From Marsupella aquatica (Eukaryota; Plantae; Marchantiophyta): DNA of 64,000 bases. The stretch spans positions 19,668,803-19,732,802 of the forward strand of contig OZ316895.1 of the NCBI GenBank assembly GCA_973895155.1. The letters are read 5' to 3'. Of the stretch, positions 11,884 to 24,573 are shown one piece after another. Position numbers and translations under genes: made by a program. The notes under the pieces are model-generated. The model worked only from the letters and a program-made list of their open reading frames with translations. It was not told the DNA's origin and did no database searches. The first letter of the stretch is position 1; each line of letters starts with the position of its first letter.

Positions 11884-14178
11884 TTAATTTGACAGAGAGG
11901 CACCAAACCCGTGTCCGACAATGTCCTCTACGAGCCTATCGGACATCCTTTTTGTTTGCTGGAAATGGCGCATGTTAAGAATGGGCTCGCACCCAAGCTC
12001 TGCTACGTTCTGCCCTGCGATGAGCGTTTCGAATTTCCGAGGCTCGTGTGCCAAAAGCAGACTCTCCCCGGGTGTACCCACAAGACGGCAAACTCGAAGC
12101 AAACGATCAAGTCGATTCATCTTCATGAAAACGCAAGAAGCACACCCTCCGTTCACTGAACAGCCTTCACCTGAAGTTACCCCCGGCACAATTTGCATCC
12201 CCGAGGTTTGAAGGACTGACAATGCTGGTGCTCCTGCTGATGACAATGATGATGGAGAATCCAAAGCTGTGACTGCATCGGAAGAAACTGGGAAAATTAT
12301 CTCCACTCCAACGTTTGCTGCGTCGGCACCCTTCTTCAGTCTGTCATTCACAAGGAGCTTACGAACAGCCTCAACAATGGAGGTAATCATGCCTGCTTCA
12401 GTCCCCAAGACAAATCTCGGTGCTACATTAACCCCTCTGTCCAAAACCTCCTGCACCTTGAGAATGATGAAATCCAAAATATTTTGCGTAGATCCTACCG
12501 CACCCCTTCCTTGAGCTCGAGCATCCATAGCCAAGGTAAACATTTCCCCGGGAACCTCCAGATGGGCCGTCTGAAAAGCATCTGTATAATTTTCTCTCAG
12601 CTTATCCACCACTTCTTTTCCAAAGAGATCGTGCACAATGCATGTCCCGTTCTGGTAGAAGTGGAGATGAGCCAGCACGTCTGCAACGGAATTCCGATTG
12701 TGGGCCGGATGGACCTTGGCGATCTCGTCATCGGTCATGCTCATCAGCTGGACCAGAATTTCAGCCAAATTGGCTCCCATGTAGGAATCGGGACCATACC
12801 AAACCGTCAAATCTGGAACCTGAGCAAAAGCCTGGAGAATCGTCTGCAGAACATTGGAGGATGTGCATGTAATGGTGGGAACAAGTGCCTGAGCTTGAGC
12901 CTTCGTTTCTAAGGCTGTGTTTATGTAGATGACGTGGAGGGATTTCGGAGTACTTGCTGCTTCGTGAAGGTACTCGAGGTAACCCGCACTCTGTGCAGCC
13001 TCTGCTAAGGAGCAACCGATGTCGTCGCTCGACATCCGATATACCCTGACCTGCTGGTGGCCATACTTGTCCAGAATCGCACGAACGTTTTCAGACATGA
13101 AATCTACTCCGAGCACGGCCACGTGTTTGCATCCGGCATCCGCCATTTTCACAGCGTGCTCTGCCATTACCAAAGAGTCGGATATATGGATGTGTGGCCA
13201 CTCCTTCTTCGCGGCTACGAGCACACCTTGCACCTGTGGATCCATGTAAAAATGCGCCACGACTCCGATGTTCTTTTCTTTCAATACGTCGACGAGTTCA
13301 CGAACCGCCGTTGCATCAGGGGTCAGGTATTGGACCTGAGCTTCGGCGAAGGCACCCTGCGCTGTGATGTCATCGGCTGTGATAATCAAGGAAGGAAACG
13401 GAACAAACCTCTTCTCGGATGACTTCATATCTAGGAGAGACTTGACGCGTTTCTGCATGGATGTGATAAGAGTGTACCATGTCGTCGATTTTGAAAACTC
13501 CTCGACCATGACGCCGATTTCTTCTCCTGTGACTGACAGCAAATCCTCAAAATTAGCTCCATTGAGCGAATTCACCAGCACAGCGCAAATCCCTCGAGTT
13601 AATTCAGCATCGCTGTCGGCTCGGAAGAAGACCTTCCCATCTTCCAGCAGCTCGGCCGTGAGCCAAACCTGTGCTGTGCAGCCCGGGATGCGATTAGTGT
13701 TAACTTTTTCCGATTCAGGCAAGCGAGCCAAATGCGTTGCATACTTCATGATTTCCTTCAACTTATCCCTGGGAGATGATCCAGGCCCTAATCCGTTCAC
13801 ATCCCTTATTACCCGTTCCACGTTGCTCCACAGAGAACTCCGTCCCGACACTTTCGCGTTATCTGTCCCATAAGAAATCGTTGTGCCCGTGCTGCTAGTC
13901 GCCTCAGATAACTCGCTCTGCCAACTCGATGCGGATATCCGCCTCGACCGCAGATTCACATTCCCGAATTTCCCTGGATTCCCCCTCGTCTGATCTTTGA
14001 GCTCATGATATTCCAACGATGTCAGGTGCTTCATCCACTTGGGCACACTGTGACATGTCAAAGAAGACTTGGCCCCGAAGAACTGTGAAGCTGGGAGCAA
14101 ATTTTTGTTCGTAGACGCTGGCGGGAAGCATAGCTTAGTTCCCCTCGCCACCATAGTGGCGACAGAGAAGATCGACAT
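11884..14178 (-). CDS. QS: Quinolinate synthase, chloroplastic (SufE-NadA fusion), intronless, ~764 aa
   Basis: Ser-rich transit-peptide-like N-terminus, SufE domain (RIPGCTAQVWL, FRADSDAELTRG) and NadA domain (VVAHFYMDP, GVDFMSE, GCSLA, YINT, CTSSN, CIVH, HLE, GSTQ, C-x-FMKMN). First ATG is at 14178; the ORF track starts at an upstream GTG (14226). Confidence 0.95.
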   Translation of the reverse strand: MSIFSVATMVARGTKLCFPPASTNKNLLPASQFFGAKSSLTCHSVPKWMKHLTSLEYHELKDQTRGNPGKFGNVNLRSRRISASSWQSELSEATSSTGTTISYGTDNAKVSGRSSLWSNVERVIRDVNGLGPGSSPRDKLKEIMKYATHLARLPESEKVNTNRIPGCTAQVWLTAELLEDGKVFFRADSDAELTRGICAVLVNSLNGANFEDLLSVTGEEIGVMVEEFSKSTTWYTLITSMQKRVKSLLDMKSSEKRFVPFPSLIITADDITAQGAFAEAQVQYLTPDATAVRELVDVLKEKNIGVVAHFYMDPQVQGVLVAAKKEWPHIHISDSLVMAEHAVKMADAGCKHVAVLGVDFMSENVRAILDKYGHQQVRVYRMSSDDIGCSLAEAAQSAGYLEYLHEAASTPKSLHVIYINTALETKAQAQALVPTITCTSSNVLQTILQAFAQVPDLTVWYGPDSYMGANLAEILVQLMSMTDDEIAKVHPAHNRNSVADVLAHLHFYQNGTCIVHDLFGKEVVDKLRENYTDAFQTAHLEVPGEMFTLAMDARAQGRGAVGSTQNILDFIILKVQEVLDRGVNVAPRFVLGTEAGMITSIVEAVRKLLVNDRLKKGADAANVGVEIIFPVSSDAVTALDSPSSLSSAGAPALSVLQTSGMQIVPGVTSGEGCSVNGGCASCVFMKMNRLDRLLRVCRLVGTPGESLLLAHEPRKFETLIAGQNVAELGCEPILNMRHFQQTKRMSDRLVEDIVGHGFGASLSN

Positions 14179-17100
14179 GTCCACGGAATTCACACAAGAA
14201 CTGCTCTCCGCAGCTCCTGGGTTCACTCCTTCTCACTTCACTTCACCACCTCTTAATCAGGCCGACCACCCAGTTTCTATGCGCTTTTAGGGGCTGCTAC
14301 GTGCACGGTTCGGGGTTCCTGAGCCTGATGATTTTAACTGATAGGATGCGTGTATACGAAGCTATTGGACCAAAGATTCTCGTTTGACCTTTCGGATTCG
14401 AGGAGATAACTGTTCCCAGGGATAACCTGTTCAAGTTTTTGATCGACTCAGATATCTTCTCGTTGGTATCTTCTCGTTGGTTGACTCTCTTCCTCTGTAC
14501 CTGCTACTTTTATGAGAAGGGGCGCCTGGTCTTTCCTTCTCACCAGGTGATCCAGGGCGGCGCTTTCTTTCCAGGGAATAGGGTTTGAAATAGTAGACCC
14601 CGGTAGTCAGGAAAGACTTAATCGACGTAGTCTCTGGGTGAGTTTCGTGTTCAGGTGAATCAACTATCGAAACTTCCTTTAAACGACAGATTAGTTAGGG
14701 TGGTCCGTTTTGGTAGGACTACTAGTGTGGATCTCGGAGCCTCAGCGTGTGTAACAATAAGAAAATCATCATCAGCCGAAGCTTGAGAGAAATCCGCTAT
14801 GTTGTCATCATTGGCACCAGTCAGGCAACAAGACGGTCACTAGAAAAATGTATATTAAGCACGCACGTACAATAATCGACAAGGAATTCAGAAGTTCTAA
14901 TATTCTCAAGAGGGGCGAAACCTCAGAGATAAAAGAGGCAGGATGTGCAGCCATAGTCTCAGATATCCAAGGAAGTTACACCGCATCAGTTCTCTAGCCT
15001 GGCAGGCGAAAACTCTCGGGCGGCCACTGCGAATGTTTGAGAAACAAGCCTAGAGTTTATCATCATGGACCATGGTAGCGGCTGTGAGGTGGTGCCATTA
15101 CAAATCAAAAGCAGGGGAAGACGGACGATACAGAAGTCGCTCAGCTCAGCGGGTGTATAATCATGTGGACCATGTTGAACACAGGACCACAATAATTTCT
15201 GTTGAGCTTGATATTTTGATGGTCATCATCGCGACGAAAGTTCAACAAACAGGGGCACCAGTCCTGGCTATACTTTCTATGGATAAAAACATGACAAAGA
15301 AACAGCAAACAACAGGAAAGACGACTTCGCTACGGGTATCATGAAACCGGCCGAAAAGTTTCGATGCAACCCACTCCCATCAGGACACGGAAACGAGGAA
15401 AAACCAAGATGCCTCCCACTACACGAAAGGGCACTGAGGTTCCAGTAGCATTGAAACGATCGACAGCAAAGATTCCGGAAAGGCAAGCAGCTTCGGAGAC
15501 GGTATTTCTAATGCGCATAACAATCCTCGAGCATCTCCACTACAAGCGGGCCGCGTCTACGTAAGGAAAAAGGGCGGAGAAAAGATCAGGCCGCTCTGCA
15601 TCACCGACCTGGTCGACCATGCTCTTTATACAGAAAGGAGGCCATTGTCGAGGCCGAAAACGAACAAGGAGCATGATCGTCTCCGCCGCATCGCGAGAGA
15701 CAAAAAGGAGACGACATGAACCGGAAGCGAAGTCAGTAGTCCCAACCCTAAACTACTGCCGACCCTAGAACCTGCGGCTTGGGTCCTAGGGCCGTGCAGC
15801 CGATGCTATGTGCCTTGTGCTCAATGAGCTACATACAAGATAACTTTTAACCTTACTTAACTCCCCTTTTGTCCCAGAAGCTAAAGGAGGACAGAATAAT
15901 CACTTTTTGCCCATCTTATTTTTATTTTTTTAGACATTAGTTATTAATTTTGATAACTTGGATTCACCATGTTTTACCTGTTACTTATAACATAGCACGC
16001 ACATGTACAAAACCCAACTAACACACATAAGAACTATCATTTCACTAGGGACTACATCCATGAGAATACACAAAGAGAGCTTTACTAAAATTTATACTTG
16101 TTAGCCATACCTAGTCTACACACGCTAAGCTCTCCATATTTCTCAATTGACTCCTCATAATGTGCCAAAGTTGAAGCTTATGCCCAGTCAACTATCTCAT
16201 TGTGAGTTTCAATCCTTCTTAGAAATAGGGAATGTCAAGTTCAGGAAGTGTAATAGACAATCTAAGTAGTCAATCGGTGGGGATGCTCTTAGGGATCAAA
16301 TAGGCAGAGGGAAAATCACAATGCCTAAGTTGGGAGTTGACAAATCACAACAGCATATGAATGTTGTGTGCAGAAGAGTGCAAGATGGGAGGGTGCACAC
16401 TGACATATTCTGGTTCCACATCTCTTTGATAGGCAAAACATCTGTACACAGGGCATCCCTGCTCACCCAAAAAGCCTACTGTAGATAAACTTGTCCAATA
16501 ATTAACATAGTGATGACCTGGCTGCAACAGAAATCCTGCAAAAGAAGTGAACATTTATACCAAATAACCAGTTTATATAATACAAAGATGCTTTGTGAGT
16601 AGAAAAAACAATGCTTCAAAACAGTCTGTTCAAGCATCTTGTCAAACACTGTGGTTTAAAGTCATGTAGTAGTGTGTGAAGGAAGAAGAAAATGCTAAAA
16701 TGCCAATGTTTTTTGCTATTTCCTATTTCGCATTGGTGAAACTTTTATATTTTGAGTCACATCATGATGCCTATACTATCCCAATGTCGTGGGTCGTGCA
16801 CCTAGGTCATCACTAAAGAAGTTTGTTTGCACAAAAACTGTCATCATGGAGGGTTTGTCCTTGTTGAAAGTGTTGTCCTTGTTAACATGTTGTTGTTTGG
16901 TGTGGATGGTTGCAAGGTAAGAGTATGGGTAATCAAATATTACAAATGACTGCAAATTGAAAACAAATGGGTAAAAGGCGTACCTGGGTAGGTGAGAATT
17001 GTGGAGTTGGAGTGGGAGCCAAAGTAAGGCTAATTTAGAGAAAATGACAGGTCTGACAAAGGTGGTAGGCAGAACAAGTTGCCCTTTTTCTTCCCCCCTC

Positions 17101-17752
17101 CTCTCACCCCTTTCTTTCTTAGCACCCCCCCCCCCCCCCACACACACAACTCCTCACATGACAAAATAAAACATGACAATTTGATGACTCAAGATGTTGC
17201 CTATGTGCAAAGTGTTGGTTGACCCAAAAGATTATGGGCAAAAAATACCAGTTACCAATTGTGTTGCAAAGACAAATAGCCCTTGTCCAAGCAAGGTAAA
17301 AAAATCTATCTAAGCAAAAAAGTATTTAAAAATCACTAGCCCCGACTACCCATTCTTTGAACCTGAATAGCGGGGAGTACAATAAAAATGTCACCAAAAT
17401 ATGTTCCTTGTCCACATTCTTTGAAGGTTAATGAAATGATAAAACAAACATCATGCATGTGAACATTTTAATAATCATATACAACATACTCTTTTCTATG
17501 CACATCCCTCTTTCTATGCACATATGTTATGGTGGGCCATACAGTACATTTTTTTAATGTAAATAGAAATCATGACAAAAAGCATGCATATTATCATTTG
17601 ACATATAGCATACTCATCATGAATTTTCCCATCCACATGATAAGCCATGGAGTTACTGCCTAGAGGCTTCACTCTAGAAGCCTAGGCCCCAACTCTAGTT
17701 TGTATTTGATGTCTTATAAGTAAAATGCAAACTAATAATATGAAGCCCCAAG

Positions 17753-17960
17753 GGAAGGGAGAAGTGTAGTTTGCTGCATTCCAGGATCTCCAGGGTGGAG
17801 AATCTGTGGTGGTGGTGTTGGGCTCTCTGGTCTGACTAGGGTTGGTTTTTTCTGGGGTCACTGGCCCGCGTGTTGGGTCCTTTTGTTTCCTTCTGGGTGG
17901 CTTTTGTTCACATGAATGTTATTGATGGGCCCTGTGCTCCCCCTTTTTTCAAAAAAATAA
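17753..17960 (+). mobile_element. 5'-truncated LINE (or LINE-dependent retroposon) 3' end with poly(A) and TSD
   Basis: Ends ATGGGCCCTGTGCTCCCCCTTTTTTCAAAAAAATAAAA. Flanked by AATATGAAGCCCCAAG (17737-17752) and AATATGAAGCCCAAG (17962-17976). A similar 3' motif occurs on the minus strand at ~39330-39365. Confidence 0.65.
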
Positions 17961-19131
17961 AAATATGAAGCCCAAGATGCAAACGAGTAATATGAAGCCT
18001 AGATGGGCTGGGGGATTGATAACATGCTGCCTCACTTTACTCCCAAAATTCACACTGGTCTTTGGCAAGACGCCCCAAGTTATTTTTGTATGCACCCAAG
18101 TTATTTTTGTATGCACAATAACCAACTATTAAATGAAAGGTGGAATCTTTCAGCCACAAATGATCCCTTTCCCCAAAAAAAAATGATGAGAAATCCACTG
18201 AAGTTGGGAGAGGGTTGTGCTATGCCCCGGTCCCCCAAAGTGGAAGATGATGAGTAATCCACCTCACCACGAAACACAGCAACATAGGGAGGGTAGTGCA
18301 ATAATTCATCTTGACCTCATGAATTTGCTCCCCACCAAAAGAAAGAGAAACCAAAACATCCTCGCCCTTTCTTTTGATTTTCCCCCCACTTGCAAAAGTA
18401 AACTCTCACCTTATTAAAAGTTTTGTTGATTTGACAATCTCTTTCTGCCCTTTCAACTAGTAGGTTCTATGAGCTGGCTTGTGAATTTGAAACAAGTGCA
18501 TTCAATGCCTTGTGAAGCTAAAGTATGCTGCGTTCCTGCTCTTGTTGATTCTATGTGACTCATGGATTTACAACCAGTTCGGTAGCAGTAGTCGTAGAGA
18601 CTGTAAACTTTTTGGAAGAGACTTTACTGCACCATTCTTAAACAAGCTTACTCATTATAGGGACTGATTACTTTGGAAAAGATTCTGCTGCGAATTTGTT
18701 GCAGGAATGTCTTTCCTCCTGAAAATAGTGGATCCTAATCCACTATGGGTGTTCGTGGTGTAACTCTTATTGTTTCCTAAGCTATTAAACAAATCCACCA
18801 ATTATAAATCACCCAGCCCACATAATAGTAAAAATTGCATCTCGAACGTGGCTCTGACATCTTGTCGTCGTTCACGTCAATTTGGATGTGGTTGGGGCGG
18901 CTGTTTAGCGATGTTATCGGTAGTATGAGCGTGGAACTTGACAACCCACATAAAGCGCTCAATAGTAATGAACGAGTGGGCGACTGAAAACAATTTTATA
19001 GGCAAATTCAATATGCCATGCTCAATCACATAATCGAAAATGGACGTATTATGTACAAAGAAGTAGACTACCACCCTCATCTGAACTTGCCAGCCAAAGC
19101 AGCGAATAGCACGCAATCCTCGTTGTAGTCT

Positions 19132-22100
19132 TCAGTGCTTCGGTAACTCCTGGATCAAAGATTTTCATTGTCAGATTTGGGGGCCATTTTAATCGCGGAA
19201 ATAAGCTGTTTTGAGATAGAGATTGCCCCGCCTTCTTGCATTATCCCAAGAAACAAATTAACAAGGAAAACAACCCAGGTAAGATCGACCTGCTGGTATA
19301 TATAACTTGCCATCAATACCTTAAAGAGGAGGTCCCGTGCTACAGTATCCCAGGGTAAGGACAGTGACATGAGACAGCACCGAAGAGGATGCAACCCTTC
19401 ATCGACTTTTTGATCTGCTGCGGCAGCAGCAACATTTCTCGCCACAGTCGAAGCAGCAAAAGCAGCTCTGTGCAATATTGTTCCGAGTCCGAGTTTTTGT
19501 CCAGGCTGGGTAGGAGAAGGTGGATTTCTGTTGTTCTGATTTGATTTAGCAAGATCTGCAAGTACAAAGTGGATTTAGGCAATTACTTCTTGGTCCTCGA
19601 TGGAAATAGTCAGAATTCTCGCGGAGACCGGTGTTTTATTTTGTTCTAACACAGCAACCAATACTAGGCTCACTGTCCTAACCGAATCCTTCCAAATGAG
19701 CAAATTTATACCGATCTTTCAACGCCGGCAGGTAGTTAGAAGGAGAGTTGAGATTCATGGTATGTCCGATCTCTCGTTTGAGCCTTTGAAGTGTTGCGGA
19801 ACCACATTCCCATGGCGAGAAGGCTCAAATATTTCAGCTCGATATCATAAATCATTGTCTACGAACCTTAACAGCAGACATTAGGACAACAAATAGCCTT
19901 TCATAATTAAATTTGTGGCACTAATTTGAATAACCACGAGGCTCAGCTAGATATGGAGGACACGTACGAGCATCACTTCACCTTTAACTGCCTGCACTTT
20001 CCAAACATTGAAGCGGGGCCAGAAGCCAAGAGAGCATGAGGGTTGTAACAATACCTGGAACAGCTGAGACAGCAACTTCAACTTCACCACGTCCACCGGG
20101 ACCTCGCATTATGAGCTTCTCTGATTTCAAATTAGGTCCGATATGGAATATGTCTTCAAAAGTTTGTCTCCTACCTCCTGCACACCCAATAGAGCTACTT
20201 GTCATTGCCCCCATCTACAGACATTCATCACATTTATTGCTCAAACTAACATAACCAGGCCTGCGACTAAAGAGGGCTTTGGTCACAATAGACTGAACGA
20301 ATCTGTTCTCTTTCTTTCTCGGCTACCATGCCAACTGTTCACCTTTACTCATGTTGTACTTTGTACTGTCTCAGTTCTGTATATTGGCTGTAGAATCCAT
20401 AGAATCTGGAGGTGAATTTCTAAAATTCCCTACCCGCAGATAAAGATTACAGTTCTCACATCCCAACACTACTACTTCAATTGGTTCAGTCAATTATCCA
20501 AAATTCGTCTGCACTTGAGGATCAGATCTCGGACAGAAACGTCCACCTAAAATATTGGCGCCAACTAATATTGTTTGTCTACCTTGGCTCAACATAGGGC
20601 TCCAACATGTCGTAAACAGCTCTGGCTACTCACCGGTAAATGCGGTGCGCACCATATCATAGTTCACGAAGCCTGAGAACAACGTCACCTAAAAGCAACT
20701 TGATTAGTCGGTCAACTGGGTGGACGAATTTAGAGATGAAAATTTGGACCAAAAAACATTGCGCACTTGCTGGTCATCTCCGCAGACGTTTCAAAAACAA
20801 GTTTTCTAAACGTAACATGGGCAGGACGTCAAACATTCCGCAGTACAGAAAAAAGTCTACAAATGTAACATCGAGCCTACCCTGGGCGTTGAAGTCCCCT
20901 GAGGTGCCTCTCCAAGCATTCGAGCTTCTCGGCTGGTTCTTGCACCTGCTGGGTCCACATCAACCTCCATAGGAAATGCAGCACCTCCACAGGCATTTAA
21001 AAGGACACAGTAGCAATGATCAACATCCGTCAACACCTGCCAAGTTCCAAATCCCCACTCTCAATCACTGTCCAGCGTCAGGTATTTGATCAAAAACCTC
21101 AAAGAGAACACAGGCACTGTGTTGAGATTCAATCCAAAAGCATTGAAGACGGTCATAAGTGAGGCATTACCACTTCGTTAAAAGTGTCGTCAAAATCATC
21201 CACAACAAAGCATATATCAGGATATGCTGCCACCGTTTCAGTTGCCTGCTTATCACAAAATCTCATGTAGTCAGATTCGTCTTGCAAAGAACAAATCTAA
21301 ACTAGAGTGGACTCGTATTTCTTTCCATAGTGCCACTCAAAAGAGCAGACTTGTAAGATGAGGAGAGATTCGAAAACTCTGCCAACGCTAAGCTAGATCA
21401 ATGTTATTGAATAGTTCAGTATGCATGGAAATTTCTACAATGATCATAATCCATACCTTTGAATCTGGCTGGAAATTAGTGCGACTGGGCGATGCGTAAA
21501 CAGTCTTGGTTACCTGCATCAATTTTATAACTACTTCTGAGATTAAGATTGGCAATCCTTCAGGACCACTAAGTTGAACGCGAACGATACAAAATGACGC
21601 CCATGGCTAAAGGCATAGACAGAGAATTGAGTCCTTTCGTGGGTGACAAAAAAGAACACTACAAATCTTCAAAAAGTATTGCTCATCAATCACCAGCTCT
21701 TTCAGCAATATCACGGGGGAGCACCTTATACACAGGTGTTAAGGAAGTCCCAGAGGACATGTGATGTTGCTGCAGAGATTCTCGACTGCATGATGACAAA
21801 ATTACGAGGAATCAGTAAGCACGTCTTTCGTTTAGTATGTTAGCTTTCAAAGACTAGAGCATAGAGTTGGAAAAGTCGTCCATGAAAGACAAGGGAAGAG
21901 TATTATGGTATGCCTGCAAATGGCGATAGTCAAGGAGAAGGACGTGTGGGCAATTAGATTCAAGTAAAACGATCTGCACCAATCCACCTCCCTGGCACTG
22001 CTTGCAATAATTTTCTCAAGCTGCAAATCGACATACAAATCTTTACACTTAGTTAACAGTGATTATGAGCGTGCATGCAATATTTTGACTAATCACTCAA

Positions 22101-22963
22101 AAATCTAACACCTCCATTTCTTCTAATCCTCATAACAGCCGATTGAAGAGCTGACATTGCAAACGACTAGAAAGGTACGGAAAGCAACGCACCTCAGGAG
22201 CCCACCTGCGGACAAAGAAGGGTTCGATGAGAGAATCATCTGACTCGTTGGACCTTCCATTTCCATGCTGTGTATCCTGTAGGCCGATCCTTGATAAGAG
22301 AAGGACTCATTGGCACAACGTTCAGATCAACTATGTCCAAGCATCAATTACCTTCGTTCTGTCATCCTGACCGTGTGGGACGAGCTCAAATTGAGGGTGA
22401 CTGATAAGCAAGAACAATGTAGTTTTACAGTTTTGAAACTACACCCTTTCAGTCTTCAAGGGGATGTTCAATATATGGCCCAGACATGATTTTCAATGAA
22501 TTGAATTCTATCTATCTGGAGCAACAAGTCAAGTGCACAGATTCAAGTTTCCAATACTTCGAACAGCTGATTAGGTTTAGAGGTGGAGGCAGAAACCTCC
22601 AGGCGGACAAAGAACATCAAATCATCATCTTGGTCAGACTTTTCAGATTTGATGTCCACCATGCCCCTCACAAAGAACATGTCCAATAGTTCCTGCCAAA
22701 ATTGCGAGTCTAGCTCTGGGTCTGCTCCAAGTGCATAGTTATTAGAATTCGCTTTAGTATTCCATATCGCATCAGAATGTTTTCTCACGATGGTCAGGAG
22801 CTCCCCCCTGCACAACTCACAACACAGCTCCAATAAGAATACAATGGGAATTACTTAAAATGTATCAATGAGATCCATGACCTCAAACAAGCAACCTCAG
22901 GCACATTATTACAGAAGGATAAGTACAGGGAAGATTAATGTACCTGCTGGGTGTTTTCTTCAT
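19132..22963 (-). CDS. DUF2045 / KIAA0930-like conserved protein, ~12 coding exons
   Basis: GT-AG exons assemble to MKKTPSR/GELLTIVRKHS...FWQELLDMFF...DDDLMFFVRLE/...PFFVRRWAPE/...VDWCRSFYLNLIAHTSFSLTIAIC/...PVYK/VTKTVYASPSR/...YPDICFVVDDFDDTF/VLTDVDHCYCVLLNA/VTLFSGFVNY/...MRGPGGRGEVEVAVS/...LRCCLMSLSLPWD...LLFK/ELPKH*. This matches the plant KIAA0930 homolog family from memory. Exon 1 is 22963-22944 and exon 2 is 22807-22597; likely 5'UTR exons extend to ~23700. Confidence 0.85.
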
Positions 22964-23754
22964 GGCGCCGGGTATTTCAGACCTTGAAAGTCCCCTGCAA
23001 GGCGAAATTCACACGGGACTGGCAAGGAATCAAATCCAAGCGCTCGTATTCATAATTTATCTGATTTCAAGTTCATTGACTGACTAAAAGATTCGCTGAA
23101 ACAAAATCTACAATTCTTACAGCTTGTTTGTGAGCTTGAATACTTTTACAAAGGATTTTTCTTCCTACATTGTAGGAGATGCTCACAAAACAATTCAAAG
23201 TCTGAGCAAAAGCACATAATCTTCTCTTACCAGAGAGCTTTACGCGATCCCCTTCACCTCAAAGAGTCTTGACCTAAAGAACATTCTCTCAAATTCTAGT
23301 CTCTCTCCTCCGAGAAAAGCGAGAGCTCCTCAAACCCCACACGACACCACCCATCCAGTCTTACTCTCCTGTTGTGATCTCCACCTTCACTGCACGTGTC
23401 TCCGTTCCTGACGAGGCCATCATTGACAACGAGCTCAAACGCAGATGAACTCTAACTTCCCAGCTCTAACCGATTCTCGAGTCCAATTCTTTCCTCCGAT
23501 ATCCATGTGAGGCCGGCTTGGCCTCCTGATTCCTCCGTTCCCTTCCAGACAAACAGAGTGGAGGACAATCTTTTACTCTGTTCCGTGAAGTTCGAGATCA
23601 GCTCGAGAGCTCCTCCAACTTTGTGACCTCTTTTCTCCACGGACGGACACGTCCGGCAAAGGCTGGTCCCGTGAAACCAAACGACCAGCTCCGAAATCAG
23701 TTCGTTTGAAAGTTTAGGGTCTACCTTCGGTCCCACGGCCCCGATCACAAGGTA

Positions 23755-24573
23755 AATCTACATCGCGTTAATGCTCCCCTATCTTCCTGGGCCCATACTG
23801 CTCCCCTATCTTCCTGGGCGCCCATACACTGCCCGTCCCAATCTTGGATGTTATGGTATGCTTTGGCCCGAGTTTGCCAAAACATAAACCAAAACTGTAT
23901 CATTTTGTCACCTGCTCCGGCCTATCAACTTTGTGCCGTTGACTTTGGGTTTATGTTTTGGCACCCTTCACTTCCTTTTGCCACTCCAGCCTAACTCCCC
24001 ATTGTTGTTGCTCGCTCCAGCCCAAGTTTGTCGTGACATAAACCAATACTCTATCATTAATCATGACTCTTGTCCAAAGTACTAGGCTTTGCCTGAACAC
24101 TTAGACTCTATTATGAAACAAAGATGACTCCATTGGAAAGAAGTGTTGCGAGAACATGAAACACAACTCCATAGAGAAGAAGTATTTGGCAGAACAACAA
24201 CCAAGCGTCTATCAATCATAATTCTCAACCAAGTACTAGGATGTACTTGAACACTTAGACTCTAATACCAAGCAAACATGACTTTGTTAGAAAAAAAATG
24301 TTGCCAGAACATAAACCACAACTCCACAAGGAAGAAGTCGATGACGCAAAGTTGATTGGGCCAGAGCGAGTGATAGAAAGTGAAGGGTGCCAAAATATAA
24401 ACCTAAAATCGATGACACAATGTTAATCAGGTCGGAGTGGGTGACAAAATGATAGTCTTAGTTTATGTTCTGGCAAACTTGGGCTGGAGCAGGCAGCAAC
24501 ATTGGGGATTGGGACGGGCAGTGTATGGGGCCCCAGGTCGATCAGGGAGCATTAACACGGTGACATAGATTTA
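23755..24573. mobile_element. Foldback/MITE-like element with ~220-bp imperfect inverted arms
   Basis: TTAATGCTCCC..CCCATACACTGCCCGTCCCAATC and TTTGCCAAAACATAAAC..TTTTGGCACCCTTCACTT (23768-23972) are mirrored by AAGTGAAGGGTGCCAAAA..GTTTATGTTCTGGCAAA and GATTGGGACGGGCAGTGTATGGG..GGGAGCATTAA (24378-24555). An internal direct repeat (CCAAGTACTAGG..ACACTTAGACTCTA) occurs twice. Confidence 0.75.

Noticed and set aside
11911-14290. Multiple + strand ORFs
   Set aside because: Antisense shadows of the QS coding sequence.
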